Shown here piece by piece: positions 25,694-34,869 of a stretch of 64,000 nucleotides of DNA. A program made the position numbers and the translations under genes. Each line of letters starts with the position of its first letter. The stretch's first letter is position 1. Source of the DNA: Thermoleophilaceae bacterium (GTDB lineage: Bacteria; Actinomycetota; Thermoleophilia; Solirubrobacterales; Thermoleophilaceae); the NCBI GenBank assembly GCA_035630455.1, contig DASQKP010000031.1, forward strand, positions 21,429-85,428, in the 5' to 3' direction. The notes beneath the pieces were generated by a model that was not told where the DNA came from, did no database searches, and saw only the letters and a list, made by a program, of their open reading frames with translations.

Positions 25694-26050
25694 TCAGTCG
25701 TACGCGCGGTACTGAGTCCAGACCCAGTAGACCCCATACGAGCAGGCGCCGAGCAGCGCGAGCCAGACCACGACACCGGCGCCGCCGACGTCGAACAGCC
25801 TGTTGGTCGCGCAGAAGGTCAGGAACGCCAGCCCGATCGAGCCGTAGAGCACCGCCCGATTGGCGTCCGGCAGCCCCTCCAGATCCATCCGGAACTGACG
25901 GAACAGGCGGTAGCCAAGCATCGCGATCGCCGTGAAGAAGGCGATCGAGAGGGCGGTGAGCAGCAGGTTGAGCGCGTTGTCGCCGCCTGGCAGCCCGGTC
26001 AGCAGCAGCGCCACCAGCGCGATCAGGCCGAACTTCCAGAACAGGCTCAC
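25694..26050 (-). CDS. Small integral membrane protein, unknown function
   Basis: 118 aa with four hydrophobic segments. Abuts the nhaA start with no gap. GTG start. Confidence 0.6.
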   Translation of the reverse strand: MSLFWKFGLIALVALLLTGLPGGDNALNLLLTALSIAFFTAIAMLGYRLFRQFRMDLEGLPDANRAVLYGSIGLAFLTFCATNRLFDVGGAGVVVWLALLGACSYGVYWVWTQYRAYD

Positions 26051-26060
26051 GGCCCCGATC

Positions 26061-26894
26061 CTAGCCCGGCGACTGGATCGCGCCGGTGGCCGTCAGCGCC
26101 AGCACCAGGACGCCGAGCACCACCCGGTAGCCGACGAACAGCCGCACCGAGTGGGTCGTCAGGTAGCGCAGCAGCCAGGCGATCGCCGCGTAGCCGACGA
26201 AGAACGCGATCACAGTCGCCAGCAGGATGTAGCCGAGCGGCTCGCCGTTGCCCTCCTCGCCCGACAGGACGCTCGCGAGCTGGAACAGGCCGCTCAGCAC
26301 GACCGCCGGGATCGCCAGCAGGAACGAGAAGCGCGCCGCGGCCGTGCGGTCGAGGCCCAGCAGCAGGCCCGCGCTCATCGTCGCGCCCGAGCGCGACACG
26401 CCGGGGATCAGCGCCAGCGACTGCGCCAGGCCGATCAGGATGCCGTCGCGCGTCGAGATCTGGCCCAGCTCGCGCTCGTGGGTGCCGACTCGATCGGCGT
26501 AGCCGAGCACCAGGCCGAAGACGATCAGCACCGTCCCGACCAAATACAGGTCGCGCGCGCCGTTCTCGATCTGGGTCTCGAACGTCAGGCCGAGCAGGCC
26601 GATCGGGATCGTCGCGACGATCAGATACCAGCCCATCCGCGCGTGCACGGTCGAGCGCAGCACCGGCCGGTAGAGCGAGCGCAGCCACACCGTCGCGATC
26701 GACCAGATGTCGTTGCGGAAGTAGATGAGCACCGCCGCCTCGGTGCCCAGCTGCGTCACGGCGGTGAACGCCGCCCCCGGGTCCTCCCAGCCGAGCATCG
26801 CCGGGACGATCAGCTGGTGGGCGCTGGAGGAGATCGGCAGGAACTCGGTGAGCCCCTGCAGGATGCCCAGCACTATGGCCTCGATCAGCGACAC
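26061..26894 (-). CDS. uppP: Undecaprenyl-diphosphate phosphatase
   Basis: MSLIEAIVLGILQGLTEFLPISSSAH and PGVSRSGATM are the BacA/UppP signature motifs. Confidence 0.92.
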   Translation of the reverse strand: MSLIEAIVLGILQGLTEFLPISSSAHQLIVPAMLGWEDPGAAFTAVTQLGTEAAVLIYFRNDIWSIATVWLRSLYRPVLRSTVHARMGWYLIVATIPIGLLGLTFETQIENGARDLYLVGTVLIVFGLVLGYADRVGTHERELGQISTRDGILIGLAQSLALIPGVSRSGATMSAGLLLGLDRTAAARFSFLLAIPAVVLSGLFQLASVLSGEEGNGEPLGYILLATVIAFFVGYAAIAWLLRYLTTHSVRLFVGYRVVLGVLVLALTATGAIQSPG

Positions 26895-26954
26895 GGCCGC
26901 AGAACCCTAGTGAGAAGGCCGGGCGCCGCCCCAGCCGGTAAACTCGCGCGCCGA

Positions 26955-27209
26955 ATGAAGGCTCGAATCACCCTCGTTGCCAGCCTTGCCCTTTCGGCCT
27001 GGCTGCTGCTCGCCGTCCCCGCCCTCGCGCACGACAACGGCGAGGGCCTCCTGGGCGAGACCAACGACAAGATCATCACGTTCTTCTCGCTCGGCGTGGT
27101 CGTCTTCTTCGCGGTGCTGGTCACCCTGCTCTCCTGGCTCCAGTCGACGCTGGACAAGCGCAAGGAGCAGCGCAAGGGGACCAAGGTCCGCGACATCGTC
27201 GGCTGGTAA
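26955..27209 (+). CDS. Small secreted/membrane-anchored protein, unknown function
   Basis: 84 aa. Signal peptide (…AVPALAHDNGEG), one TM helix and a basic tail. Weak RBS, so moderate confidence. Confidence 0.5.
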   Translation: MKARITLVASLALSAWLLLAVPALAHDNGEGLLGETNDKIITFFSLGVVVFFAVLVTLLSWLQSTLDKRKEQRKGTKVRDIVGW

Positions 27210-27429
27210 ATCCGGCCCGATGGCCGGCGCCTGGCGGCGTCATCGGCCCACTTGATTTGGCAGAGCCAAACCGGCGGGGCCTGCTTCCTTGCCAGGCTTG
27301 GCCCTCGAACCGGATTCCCAAATGTTCACACCGTGGGCGTGCTGAGGCGCGACTATCCGTCGTGCAGTCTCCCCCACGGCACGCGGCCCCGGCTTCCCCG
27401 CACGGGGCCGCTGCTATTTCGGGGCTAGA

Positions 27430-28212
27430 GTGCGAGCGGGTATGGGGCTCGACGCCGACCAGGTGACCTACGAGCGGCGCGGTGCGGCGGCGGTCGTGAC
27501 GATCGACCGCCAGGAGCGTCGCAACGCGGTCGACGGGCCGACCGCGGACCTGCTCCAGGAGGCGTTCGCCCGTTTCGAGCGGGACGACGACGCGCGGGTC
27601 ATGGTTCTCACCGGAGCCGGCGACGAGTCGTTCTGCGCCGGGGCCGACCTCAAGGCGATCGACACGCTCGGCCCACGCCTCGACTCTCCTGAGGGACCGC
27701 TCGGCTTCACGCGGCTCACGCCCTCCAAGCCGACGATCGCCGCGATCTCGGGCTGGTGCCTGGCCGGCGGCCTCGAGCTCGCGCTGTGGTGCGACCTGCG
27801 GATCGCGGCGGCGGGGTCGCGCTTCGGGTTCACCGAGCGCCGCTTCGGCGTGCCGCTGATCGACGGCGGCACCCAGCGGCTGCCGCGGATCGTCGGACTC
27901 GGCCGCGCGCTCGACATCGTCCTGACCGGCCGCATCCTCGAGGCCGGCGAGGCGCTCGAGATCGGAATGCTGACCGAGATCGTCGCGAGCGGCGCGGCCC
28001 TCGACCGGGCACTGGAGATGGTGGAGGCGCTCGCCGCCTTCCCCCAGCAAACAATGCTCGCCGACCGCCGAGCCGCGATCGACGGCCTCGGCCTTCCACT
28101 CGCCGACGGCCTCGCGCTCGAGGCCGAGTCCGGCCCCGCCACCTTCGCCGACGCCCGCGAAGGCGCGGCCCGCTTCGCCGGTGGCGAGGGCCGGGGCGGC
28201 GCAGCCGTCTAG
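27430..28212 (+). CDS. Enoyl-CoA hydratase/isomerase (crotonase family)
   Basis: AAVVTIDRQERRNAVD ... LTGAGDESFCAGADL, plus CLAGGLELALWCDLRIA. Start could be GTG 27430 or ATG 27442. Confidence 0.85.
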   Translation: MRAGMGLDADQVTYERRGAAAVVTIDRQERRNAVDGPTADLLQEAFARFERDDDARVMVLTGAGDESFCAGADLKAIDTLGPRLDSPEGPLGFTRLTPSKPTIAAISGWCLAGGLELALWCDLRIAAAGSRFGFTERRFGVPLIDGGTQRLPRIVGLGRALDIVLTGRILEAGEALEIGMLTEIVASGAALDRALEMVEALAAFPQQTMLADRRAAIDGLGLPLADGLALEAESGPATFADAREGAARFAGGEGRGGAAV

Positions 28213-28223
28213 AGTGCGCGGCC

Positions 28224-29090
28224 GTGAGCGCACCGGCGATCGAGGTCTCCGACCTCCGCAAGAGCTATGGCGACGTCGACGCCGTCCGCGGGCTTTCCTT
28301 CGAGGTCCAGCGCGGCGAGGTGTTCGGCCTGCTCGGTCCCAACGGGGCCGGCAAGACGACGACTGTCGAGATCCTCGAGGGCTACCGCCGCCGCTCCGGA
28401 GGGAACGTCAGCGTGCTCGGCCACGACCCCGAACGGCGCGAGCGCGAGCTGCGCCAGCGTGTCGGGATCGTCCTCCAGAGCTGCGGCTTCTACCCGCGCC
28501 TGACCGTCCGCGAGGCCGTTGGGCACATGGCGAAGGCCTACCCGAAGCCACTCGACGCGCGCGAGGCGATCGCGCTCGTCGGCCTCGAGAAGAGCGCCGA
28601 CGTCCGCGCCGGCAAGCTCTCCGGCGGCCAGCAGCGGCGGCTCGACCTGGCCCTTGCCCTGGTCGGCGACCCCGAGCTGGTGTTCCTCGACGAGCCGACG
28701 ACCGGCTTCGACCCCGCCGCGCGCCGCGACGCCTGGGAGGTCGTGCGGCGGCTGCGCGAGCTCGACAAGACCGTGCTGCTGACGACCCACTACCTCGACG
28801 AGGCCCAGGAGCTCGCCGACCGCGTCGTGATCGTCAAGGACGGCGTCGTCGTAGCCGAGGGGCCGCCGTCGGACCTGACGCCCGACTCCGGCGGCTACCG
28901 CGTCTCCTACGTCTCCAGCGGCCGGCGCGTCGAGCACCAGACCGAGGACCCGACCGACCTGCTGCACCGGCTGACCGGCGACGCGCTCGGCCGCGGCGAG
29001 CGGCTCGAGGGCCTCGAGGTGGCGCGACCGACGCTGGAGGACGTTTACCTCGAGCTGACCGCCGAGGCCGCCGAGGAGGAGGGCGAGTGA
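28224..29090 (+). CDS. ABC transporter ATP-binding protein (ABC-2/DrrA-like exporter)
   Basis: GTG 28224. Walker A GPNGAGKTT, signature LSGGQQRRLDLA, Walker B LVFLDEPTTGFD. Confidence 0.9.
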   Translation: MSAPAIEVSDLRKSYGDVDAVRGLSFEVQRGEVFGLLGPNGAGKTTTVEILEGYRRRSGGNVSVLGHDPERRERELRQRVGIVLQSCGFYPRLTVREAVGHMAKAYPKPLDAREAIALVGLEKSADVRAGKLSGGQQRRLDLALALVGDPELVFLDEPTTGFDPAARRDAWEVVRRLRELDKTVLLTTHYLDEAQELADRVVIVKDGVVVAEGPPSDLTPDSGGYRVSYVSSGRRVEHQTEDPTDLLHRLTGDALGRGERLEGLEVARPTLEDVYLELTAEAAEEEGE

Positions 29091-29824
29091 GCGGCGCCGC
29101 ACTCGCCTGGCAGCAGTTCCGGATCGAGCGCAAGCTCTTCTGGCGCAACCCGAGCGCCGCCTTCTTCAGCTTCATCCTGCCGCTGACGCTGCTGTTGCTG
29201 GTCGCGTCGGTGTTCGCCGACGACCCCAGCGAGCTCGACGTCCTGATCCCTGGCGTCGCCGGCATGAGCGTGATGGCCACGACCTTCAACGCCATGGCCT
29301 ACAACCTGACCTTCCTGCGCGAGCAGGGAATCCTCAAGCGGATGCGCGGCACGCCGATGCCGACCGGCTCCTACTTCGCCGGCTTCCTCGGCAACGCGGT
29401 CGCCAACGCCTTCGTCCAGGTCGGCCTGGTCGTGATCGTCGGCCACTTCCTCTACGACGTCGCATGGCCGAAGAACTGGTTCGAGCTGGCCGTCTTCACG
29501 ATCGTCGGCGTCATCACCTTCGGCTCGCTCGGGATCGCCCTGTCGCACGCGATCCCGAACTTCGACTCGGCCTCGGCCTACGTCAACGCGCTCTTCCTGC
29601 CGGCGATCATGATCTCCGGCGTCTTCTACTCGAGCGACTCGCTGCCGGCCGGCCTTGCCGCCGTCGCCGAGGCACTGCCGCTGAAGCACGTGATCGACGG
29701 CTTCTACGACGCGATCGTTACCGGCCAGGGCCTCTCGCACGAGCTCGGGGCGCTGGCGGTACTGGCGCTCTGGGGCGCCGCCGGCATCTTCCTGGCGATC
29801 CGCGGCTTCCGCTGGGAGCGGTAG
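29087..29824 (+). CDS. ABC-2 type transporter permease
   Basis: GTG 29087 (GTGA overlap). Six hydrophobic segments and a REQGILKRMRGTPMP motif typical of ABC-2 permeases. Confidence 0.85.
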   Translation: MSGAALAWQQFRIERKLFWRNPSAAFFSFILPLTLLLLVASVFADDPSELDVLIPGVAGMSVMATTFNAMAYNLTFLREQGILKRMRGTPMPTGSYFAGFLGNAVANAFVQVGLVVIVGHFLYDVAWPKNWFELAVFTIVGVITFGSLGIALSHAIPNFDSASAYVNALFLPAIMISGVFYSSDSLPAGLAAVAEALPLKHVIDGFYDAIVTGQGLSHELGALAVLALWGAAGIFLAIRGFRWER

Positions 29825-29831
29825 ACCAGCA

Positions 29832-31004
29832 CTACGGCTGGGGTCTGCCGTCCCAGTCGTGCTCGAAGGCCCAGCGCGCGCCGACGGTCCAGGCCTGCAC
29901 CCGGTTGGCGATCGCGATCGGCGTGGGGCCTTCGACTCCGACGGCGTAGAGCTCGGGAGCGCCACCGAGGCGGTCGAGCGCATCGAGCACGCCGGCACGC
30001 ACGCGCTCGGCTTCGTCGTGGCAGCCGGCCGCCCGTAGGCCTCCCCAGCCGAGCCAGGAGTCGAACGGCCAGACCGCGCCGCGGTGGTAGGCGTCGGGAT
30101 CGAACCGAGAATGGCTCTCGGAGAGTGTGCGCAAGCCCCACGGAGTGAGCAAGTCGGGCTGGACGAGCCGCTCCGCCGTGCCAGCGGGAGCGGCGTCCGC
30201 CCACAGCAGCCACCCGAGTGAGGACCCGGCGCCGCGAACACGGCTGCCGTCGCCCTCGATCGCGATCGTCTCCGGCAGCCCACCCGGCTCGGCGGCGAAC
30301 GCGGCGGCCACACGCGCTCGCAGCGAGTCCGCCAGCTGGCGGTGGTGTCGTTCGCCTGAGAGGCGGGCAAGCGCGCAAGCAGCCGCCACGGCGGCTGCCT
30401 GGCTGTCCGCATCGGCGAGTGGCGGCGCTGGCGCCGAGCCGTTCTCGCGCAGGATGCCGCCTCCGTGCGTGTCCGGGTCGAGCGGATCGGTCGTATCGCG
30501 CCAGCCCTGCTGGGCGAGGCCGCCGGGCGCCCGGCGCGGCCCGTGCCGGACGAGTCCGCCACCGCGCGCCAGCGCCCGCTCCAACCACCGCCCCGCCGCG
30601 CGCCAGGTCGGCTCGAGCTCCTCGGTCAGGCGGTCGTCGCCTAGCGCGTCGAGCAGCACCAGGAACCAAGACGTCGAGTCGGCCGAGCCGTAGTAGAGCA
30701 GTCCGCCCTCGCGCACCGGCCAGACCATGTCGATCAGCCGCCCCGGCGCACGGAGCCAGCGCTCGTGGAGGATCTTGCCGGGCTCCTCGTCGGTATCCGG
30801 GTCGTCGTGCCTCCCCTGCAACGCGGCCAGCTCGCGCAGCGTCGCCACGGCGACGTCGGGACGGGACGGCAGCACCTGCAAAGCAAAGATCAGCGAATCG
30901 CGTCCGAAGAGGGTGTTGAAGCGCCCGGCATCGTCCTCGCCCGCTTCCGCACTGGCAAATGCCCAGCCGGCCGGCGAAAGGACGCTGTCGATCGCCTCGT
31001 CCAC
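29832..31004 (-). CDS. Glycogen-debranching-enzyme-like (amylo-alpha-1,6-glucosidase C-terminal, alpha/alpha-6 barrel) hydrolase
   Basis: 390 aa. FGRDSLIFAL, YYGSADSTSWFLVLL, QGWRD and AVWPFDSW resemble the GDE_C / six-hairpin glycosidase fold. Substrate unknown. Confidence 0.7.
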   Translation of the reverse strand: MDEAIDSVLSPAGWAFASAEAGEDDAGRFNTLFGRDSLIFALQVLPSRPDVAVATLRELAALQGRHDDPDTDEEPGKILHERWLRAPGRLIDMVWPVREGGLLYYGSADSTSWFLVLLDALGDDRLTEELEPTWRAAGRWLERALARGGGLVRHGPRRAPGGLAQQGWRDTTDPLDPDTHGGGILRENGSAPAPPLADADSQAAAVAAACALARLSGERHHRQLADSLRARVAAAFAAEPGGLPETIAIEGDGSRVRGAGSSLGWLLWADAAPAGTAERLVQPDLLTPWGLRTLSESHSRFDPDAYHRGAVWPFDSWLGWGGLRAAGCHDEAERVRAGVLDALDRLGGAPELYAVGVEGPTPIAIANRVQAWTVGARWAFEHDWDGRPQP

Positions 31005-31018
31005 CCGTCCGGCCGCCG

Positions 31019-31849
31019 TCAGCCCTTGACCGCGCCCGCGGTCATGCCGGCGACGATCCGCTTCTGGAAGATGATCACGAGCGCGACGAGCGGGATCGTG
31101 ATGATCACCGACGCGGCGCTGATCGTGCCGAGCGGAACCTCGAACTCGGTGCTGCCGGTGAAGTTCGCGACGGCGACGGGCACCGTGTAGGCGGAGGGAG
31201 AGCTGGTCAGCGTGACCGCGAGCAGGAACTCGTTCCAGACGAAGAAGGCGGTCAACAGGCCCGCCGTCACGAGGCCCGGCGCGGCGAGCGGCAGCACGAC
31301 CTTGCGGAACGCCTGGAAGTGCGTCGCGCCGTCTACCAGCGCCGCCTCCTCCAGCTCCTTCGGGATCTCCTTGAAGAACGAGGCGAGGATGTAGATCGCC
31401 AGCGGCAGGGCGAACGTCAGGTAGGGAACGATCAGCCCTGTGTAGGTGTTGTAGAGGCCGATGTCGGTCCAGAGCTTGAAGATCGGCGCCGCGATCGCGA
31501 TCGGCGGGAAGGTCGAGATCGACAGCACGACGGCGAGGATCAGGAACTTGAACTTGAACCGCAGGCGCGCGAGCGCATAGGCGGCGAACGAGCCGAAGAC
31601 CAGCGCCAGGGCGGTCGTAACCGTCGTGATGATCACGCTGTTGCGCAGCGCCGAGGTGAAGTCGTTGTTCTCGAAGATCGACGAGTAGTTGTCGAGCGAG
31701 GGGTTCGGAGGGATCAGGTCGGCGTTAGAGAGATCCGTGCCGGTCTTCAGCGAGACGTTGATCAGCCAGTAGAACGGCACCAGGCAGAACACGCAGATCG
31801 CCGCGACGGCGATCCAGAGCAGCAGCGAGCGCAGGCGTGGCGCGATCAT
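31019..31849 (-). CDS. Carbohydrate ABC transporter permease (CUT1, MalG-like)
   Basis: 276 aa, six TM segments, EAA-loop EEAALVDGATHFQAFRKVVLPLAAPG. Confidence 0.9.
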   Translation of the reverse strand: MIAPRLRSLLLWIAVAAICVFCLVPFYWLINVSLKTGTDLSNADLIPPNPSLDNYSSIFENNDFTSALRNSVIITTVTTALALVFGSFAAYALARLRFKFKFLILAVVLSISTFPPIAIAAPIFKLWTDIGLYNTYTGLIVPYLTFALPLAIYILASFFKEIPKELEEAALVDGATHFQAFRKVVLPLAAPGLVTAGLLTAFFVWNEFLLAVTLTSSPSAYTVPVAVANFTGSTEFEVPLGTISAASVIITIPLVALVIIFQKRIVAGMTAGAVKG

Positions 31850-31850
31850 C

Positions 31851-32792
31851 TCAATCGTCCGCCACCAGCGAGCGGAGGTTGCCGCCCACCAATCGGATGT
31901 AGAGGAACGAGACGCCCATCACGATCGCAAACGTGAGCACCGAGAGCGCCGACCCGTATCCGATCAGCCGATTCGTGGTCAGCTCCTGGTAGGACAGCAG
32001 CGACAGCGTGGTGGTGTCGTTGGCGCCGCGGGTGAGCACGTAGGGCAGGTCGAAGATCCGCAGCGCGTCGAGCGTGCGGAAGATCAGCGCGACGAGGATC
32101 GCCGGCGCCAGCAGCGGCAGCGTGATGCGCCGGAAGCGCTGCAGCGTCGTTGCCCCGTCGACCTTCGCGGCGTCGTAGACATCGTTGGGGATCACCTGCA
32201 GGCCGGCGAGCAGCAGCAGCGCCATGAAGGGGGCCGTCTTCCAGACGTCGGCCAGCACCATCACGGCCATCGACCAGCCGGTCTCGCCCAGCCAGACGAC
32301 GTCGGCGCCCGGCAGACCGAGCGCCGAGAGGACCTGCGGCGCGAGGCCGAGGTTCGGCTCGAAGATCGTCCGCCAGGTGATCGCGCTGACGACCGTCAGG
32401 ACCGCCCATGGGATGAGGACGACGGTGCGCAGGATCGCGCGGCCCCGGAACGCCTCGTGCATCGCCAGCGCCATGCCGAGCCCGACCAGCAGCTCGAGGC
32501 CGACGGAGATCGCGGTGAAGAGGAACGTCACCGTCACGGCGTCCCAGAACTGCGGCGAGGAGAACGCCTCGGAGTAGTTGTCGAAGCCCGCGAAGCGCGA
32601 CAGCCCCGGGACGCGCACGCTGTACTCGTTCAGCGACAGCCAGATCGCGTAGCCGATCGGGTAGGCGGCGACCAGCGCCATCACGATCAGCGACGGCGCC
32701 AGCATCGCCCGCGCGAGCCGCCGCTCGCCGCTGCCGTAGCGACGCTTCCCGCGAGCCCGGCGCCGTCCCAGCCTCGCGGTCGATGCCTCCAT
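31851..32792 (-). CDS. Carbohydrate ABC transporter permease (CUT1, MalF-like)
   Basis: 313 aa, EAA-loop DAAKVDGATTLQRFRRITLPLLAPA. Confidence 0.9.
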   Translation of the reverse strand: MEASTARLGRRRARGKRRYGSGERRLARAMLAPSLIVMALVAAYPIGYAIWLSLNEYSVRVPGLSRFAGFDNYSEAFSSPQFWDAVTVTFLFTAISVGLELLVGLGMALAMHEAFRGRAILRTVVLIPWAVLTVVSAITWRTIFEPNLGLAPQVLSALGLPGADVVWLGETGWSMAVMVLADVWKTAPFMALLLLAGLQVIPNDVYDAAKVDGATTLQRFRRITLPLLAPAILVALIFRTLDALRIFDLPYVLTRGANDTTTLSLLSYQELTTNRLIGYGSALSVLTFAIVMGVSFLYIRLVGGNLRSLVADD

Positions 32793-32806
32793 CGCCTGCT
32801 CCCTAG

Positions 32807-34078
32807 CTAGAAGGTCTCCAGCGCGTCTTGGATGTCGGCGTTCATGTCCTGGGCCGCCTGGTCAGGCGACTTGTCGCCCTGCAGCGCGGCGTAGACGTTG
32901 GTGTAGATCGCCTCGCTGATCTGCGGGTAGACCGGCGACACGGGGCGCGGTTGTGCCTGCTCGACGGCGTCGCGCAGCGCGCCCGCGAACGGCAGCGCCT
33001 TCTTCACCGAGGGCATGTCGTAGACCTCGCTCACCACCGCCGGCAACGACGCCTCGGTCGCCTGGATCTCCTGCTGGCCGGGCTCGACGGCGAACTCGAT
33101 GAACGCGAGCGATCCCTCGGGATTCCCGGAGAAGGCCGAGATCGCGAGGTTGTAGCCACCGAGAACGCCCGCGCCGGGATTGCCCTCGTAGGGCGGGAAC
33201 GTCGTCACGTCGAAGCTGTCCGCGATCTGCGAGTCCTTGCCCAGCGCGTAGGCGTAGGGCCAATTGCGCATGTAGGTCGCCCGGCCGCCCTCGAAGGCGC
33301 GCCGCGACTCCTCCTCCATGTAGGTCGTGACCGCCTTCGGCACGTCGCCGCTGTCGATCCCGTCGCGCATGAAGGTGAGCACGTTGCGGACCTCGTCGCT
33401 GTCAGCCGTCGCCTCGCTACCGCCCTCGTCGACGACCGTCCCACCGGCGCTGTACAGCAGCTCGAGGAAGTTGACGGTCAGTCCCTCGTAGCGAGCGCCC
33501 TGGTAGATGAAGCCGCTGGCATCGCCCGCCTGCTGGTACATCTGCTCCCAGCTCTTGGGCTCCGGCCCTCCGTCCTGACCCGTGCGCCAGTAGATGAACC
33601 CGGCGTTGGTGTTGAACGGGAAGGCCCAGTACTTGTCCTCGTACTTCGCCGTCTCGAGCGTCGACGGGATGAACGCGTCGGCCTGTCGCTCGATCGCGTC
33701 GCTGACGTCGAGCAGCCAGTTCTGGGCCGCGTACTCCGCCGTCCAGATCACGTCCACGCCCAACACGTCGCACTGCGGCGACTCGGCGCGCAGCCGCTGG
33801 ATCTGGAGCCGCCGCTGATCGTCGGCCGACTCCGGCAGCTCGAGCAGCTCCACGTTGGCGTCGGGATTCGCCTTGTTGAAGTTGTCGACGACCGTGCTGA
33901 ACGCGCCGGTGGTGTCCTTGCCAATGCACCACGTGACGTCGCCCTGGGCTCGCGACTCGCTCACGGCCTGAGAATCCGAGGACCCGCCTCCGCCGCCACC
34001 GTCGTCGTCATCGCCGCAACCGGCGAGCGCGAGTAGTAGGCCGGCGATCAGAATCGCCGCAAGGCGCGCAACGTTCAT
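32807..34078 (-). CDS. Extracellular solute-binding lipoprotein (CUT1 sugar-binding)
   Basis: ORF trimmed to ATG 34078 (RBS AAAGAGGAG). MNVARLAAILIAGLLLALAGCGDDDD lipobox. The body is typical of family-1 sugar SBPs. Confidence 0.85.
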   Translation of the reverse strand: MNVARLAAILIAGLLLALAGCGDDDDGGGGGGSSDSQAVSESRAQGDVTWCIGKDTTGAFSTVVDNFNKANPDANVELLELPESADDQRRLQIQRLRAESPQCDVLGVDVIWTAEYAAQNWLLDVSDAIERQADAFIPSTLETAKYEDKYWAFPFNTNAGFIYWRTGQDGGPEPKSWEQMYQQAGDASGFIYQGARYEGLTVNFLELLYSAGGTVVDEGGSEATADSDEVRNVLTFMRDGIDSGDVPKAVTTYMEEESRRAFEGGRATYMRNWPYAYALGKDSQIADSFDVTTFPPYEGNPGAGVLGGYNLAISAFSGNPEGSLAFIEFAVEPGQQEIQATEASLPAVVSEVYDMPSVKKALPFAGALRDAVEQAQPRPVSPVYPQISEAIYTNVYAALQGDKSPDQAAQDMNADIQDALETF

Positions 34079-34148
34079 GACGAGCTCCTCTTTTGCCGCT
34101 CTCTCCTCCCGAGGTGTACCCAGGCAATTGCCCCTCAAACAGACTTCG

Positions 34149-34844
34149 CTACAGCCGCAGGGTGGCGCCGTTGTCGCGCAGCCAGCGCTCCTCGTCCCTG
34201 TAACCGGGACGCCGCGACGCGAGCAGGTCCCAGAAGCGCTGGGAGTGGTCGTGGATCTCGAGGTGGGCGACCTCGTGCTCGACGACGTAGTCGAGGATCT
34301 CCGGTGGAGCGAGCAGCAGGCGCCAGTTGAAGCTCATGCCGCCCTTCGACGAGCAGCTCGCCCAGCGGCTGCGCTGGCCGCGGATCTGAAGGCTGGCGTA
34401 GGACTGACCGACGCGAGCGACGGCGGCGTCGAGCCGGCTCGCGACCTCGGTCCGCGCCTGAGCGCGATACCAGCGCTCGAGCGCCGCGCGGACCGCGTCG
34501 AGGCCAGGATCGGAGACGCGGACCGTCAGCTCCCCGCCGCGCCGCGCTACGTGATCGCGCCGGCGCCCGGGCTCGACGCGCACTCGGAGCCGCAGCGGCT
34601 CCCCCAAGAAGGGAACCTCGCCGCCATCTTCGAGCAGCGGCCGCGGACGCTCGGCCTCCGCGGCGCGCATCCGCAGCAGCGTACGCTCGATCCAGGCCCG
34701 CTTCGACTGTACGAACGGCTCGACCTCGTCGAGCGGCAGCCGGCGCGGAACGACCACCTCGACGTCATCGGCAGTCACCTGGATCCGAGCGCGGCGCGCC
34801 CGGTCCGAGCGACGCACTGTGTAGGACGGCTCAGACACCGGCAC
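34149..34844 (-). CDS. YgjP-like (DUF45/M48-related) metal-dependent hydrolase
   Basis: C-terminal HEVAHLEIHDHSQRFW (HExxH...H) motif. Start uncertain (GTG 34844 or 34838, or ATG 34898 overlapping the upstream SDR). Confidence 0.7.
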   Translation of the reverse strand: MPVSEPSYTVRRSDRARRARIQVTADDVEVVVPRRLPLDEVEPFVQSKRAWIERTLLRMRAAEAERPRPLLEDGGEVPFLGEPLRLRVRVEPGRRRDHVARRGGELTVRVSDPGLDAVRAALERWYRAQARTEVASRLDAAVARVGQSYASLQIRGQRSRWASCSSKGGMSFNWRLLLAPPEILDYVVEHEVAHLEIHDHSQRFWDLLASRRPGYRDEERWLRDNGATLRL

Positions 34845-34869
34845 AAGAGTAGGCGGCCGCGCGGCGCGC

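Noticed and set aside
22847-26728. Very long plus-strand ORFs 22847-24451 and 24704-26728, 534 and 674 aa
   Set aside because: They are antisense to the Tad-like genes, nhaA and uppP, which carry strong motifs. Their sequences are low-complexity Arg/Pro/Ser/Ala or Asp/Arg/His-rich with no domain signature. I treat them as shadow ORFs.
27241-27430. 220-nt intergenic region with a GGTTCGAGG (T-loop-like, minus strand around 27286-27300) and a 9-bp GC hairpin (27383-27411) followed by TGCTATTTC
   Set aside because: I could not fold a cloverleaf around the T-loop-like sequence (no acceptor or anticodon arms), so I make no tRNA call. The hairpin lies about 170 nt from the nearest stop codon with only a weak T-run. 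It may be a terminator or leader structure but is unsupported without RNA data.
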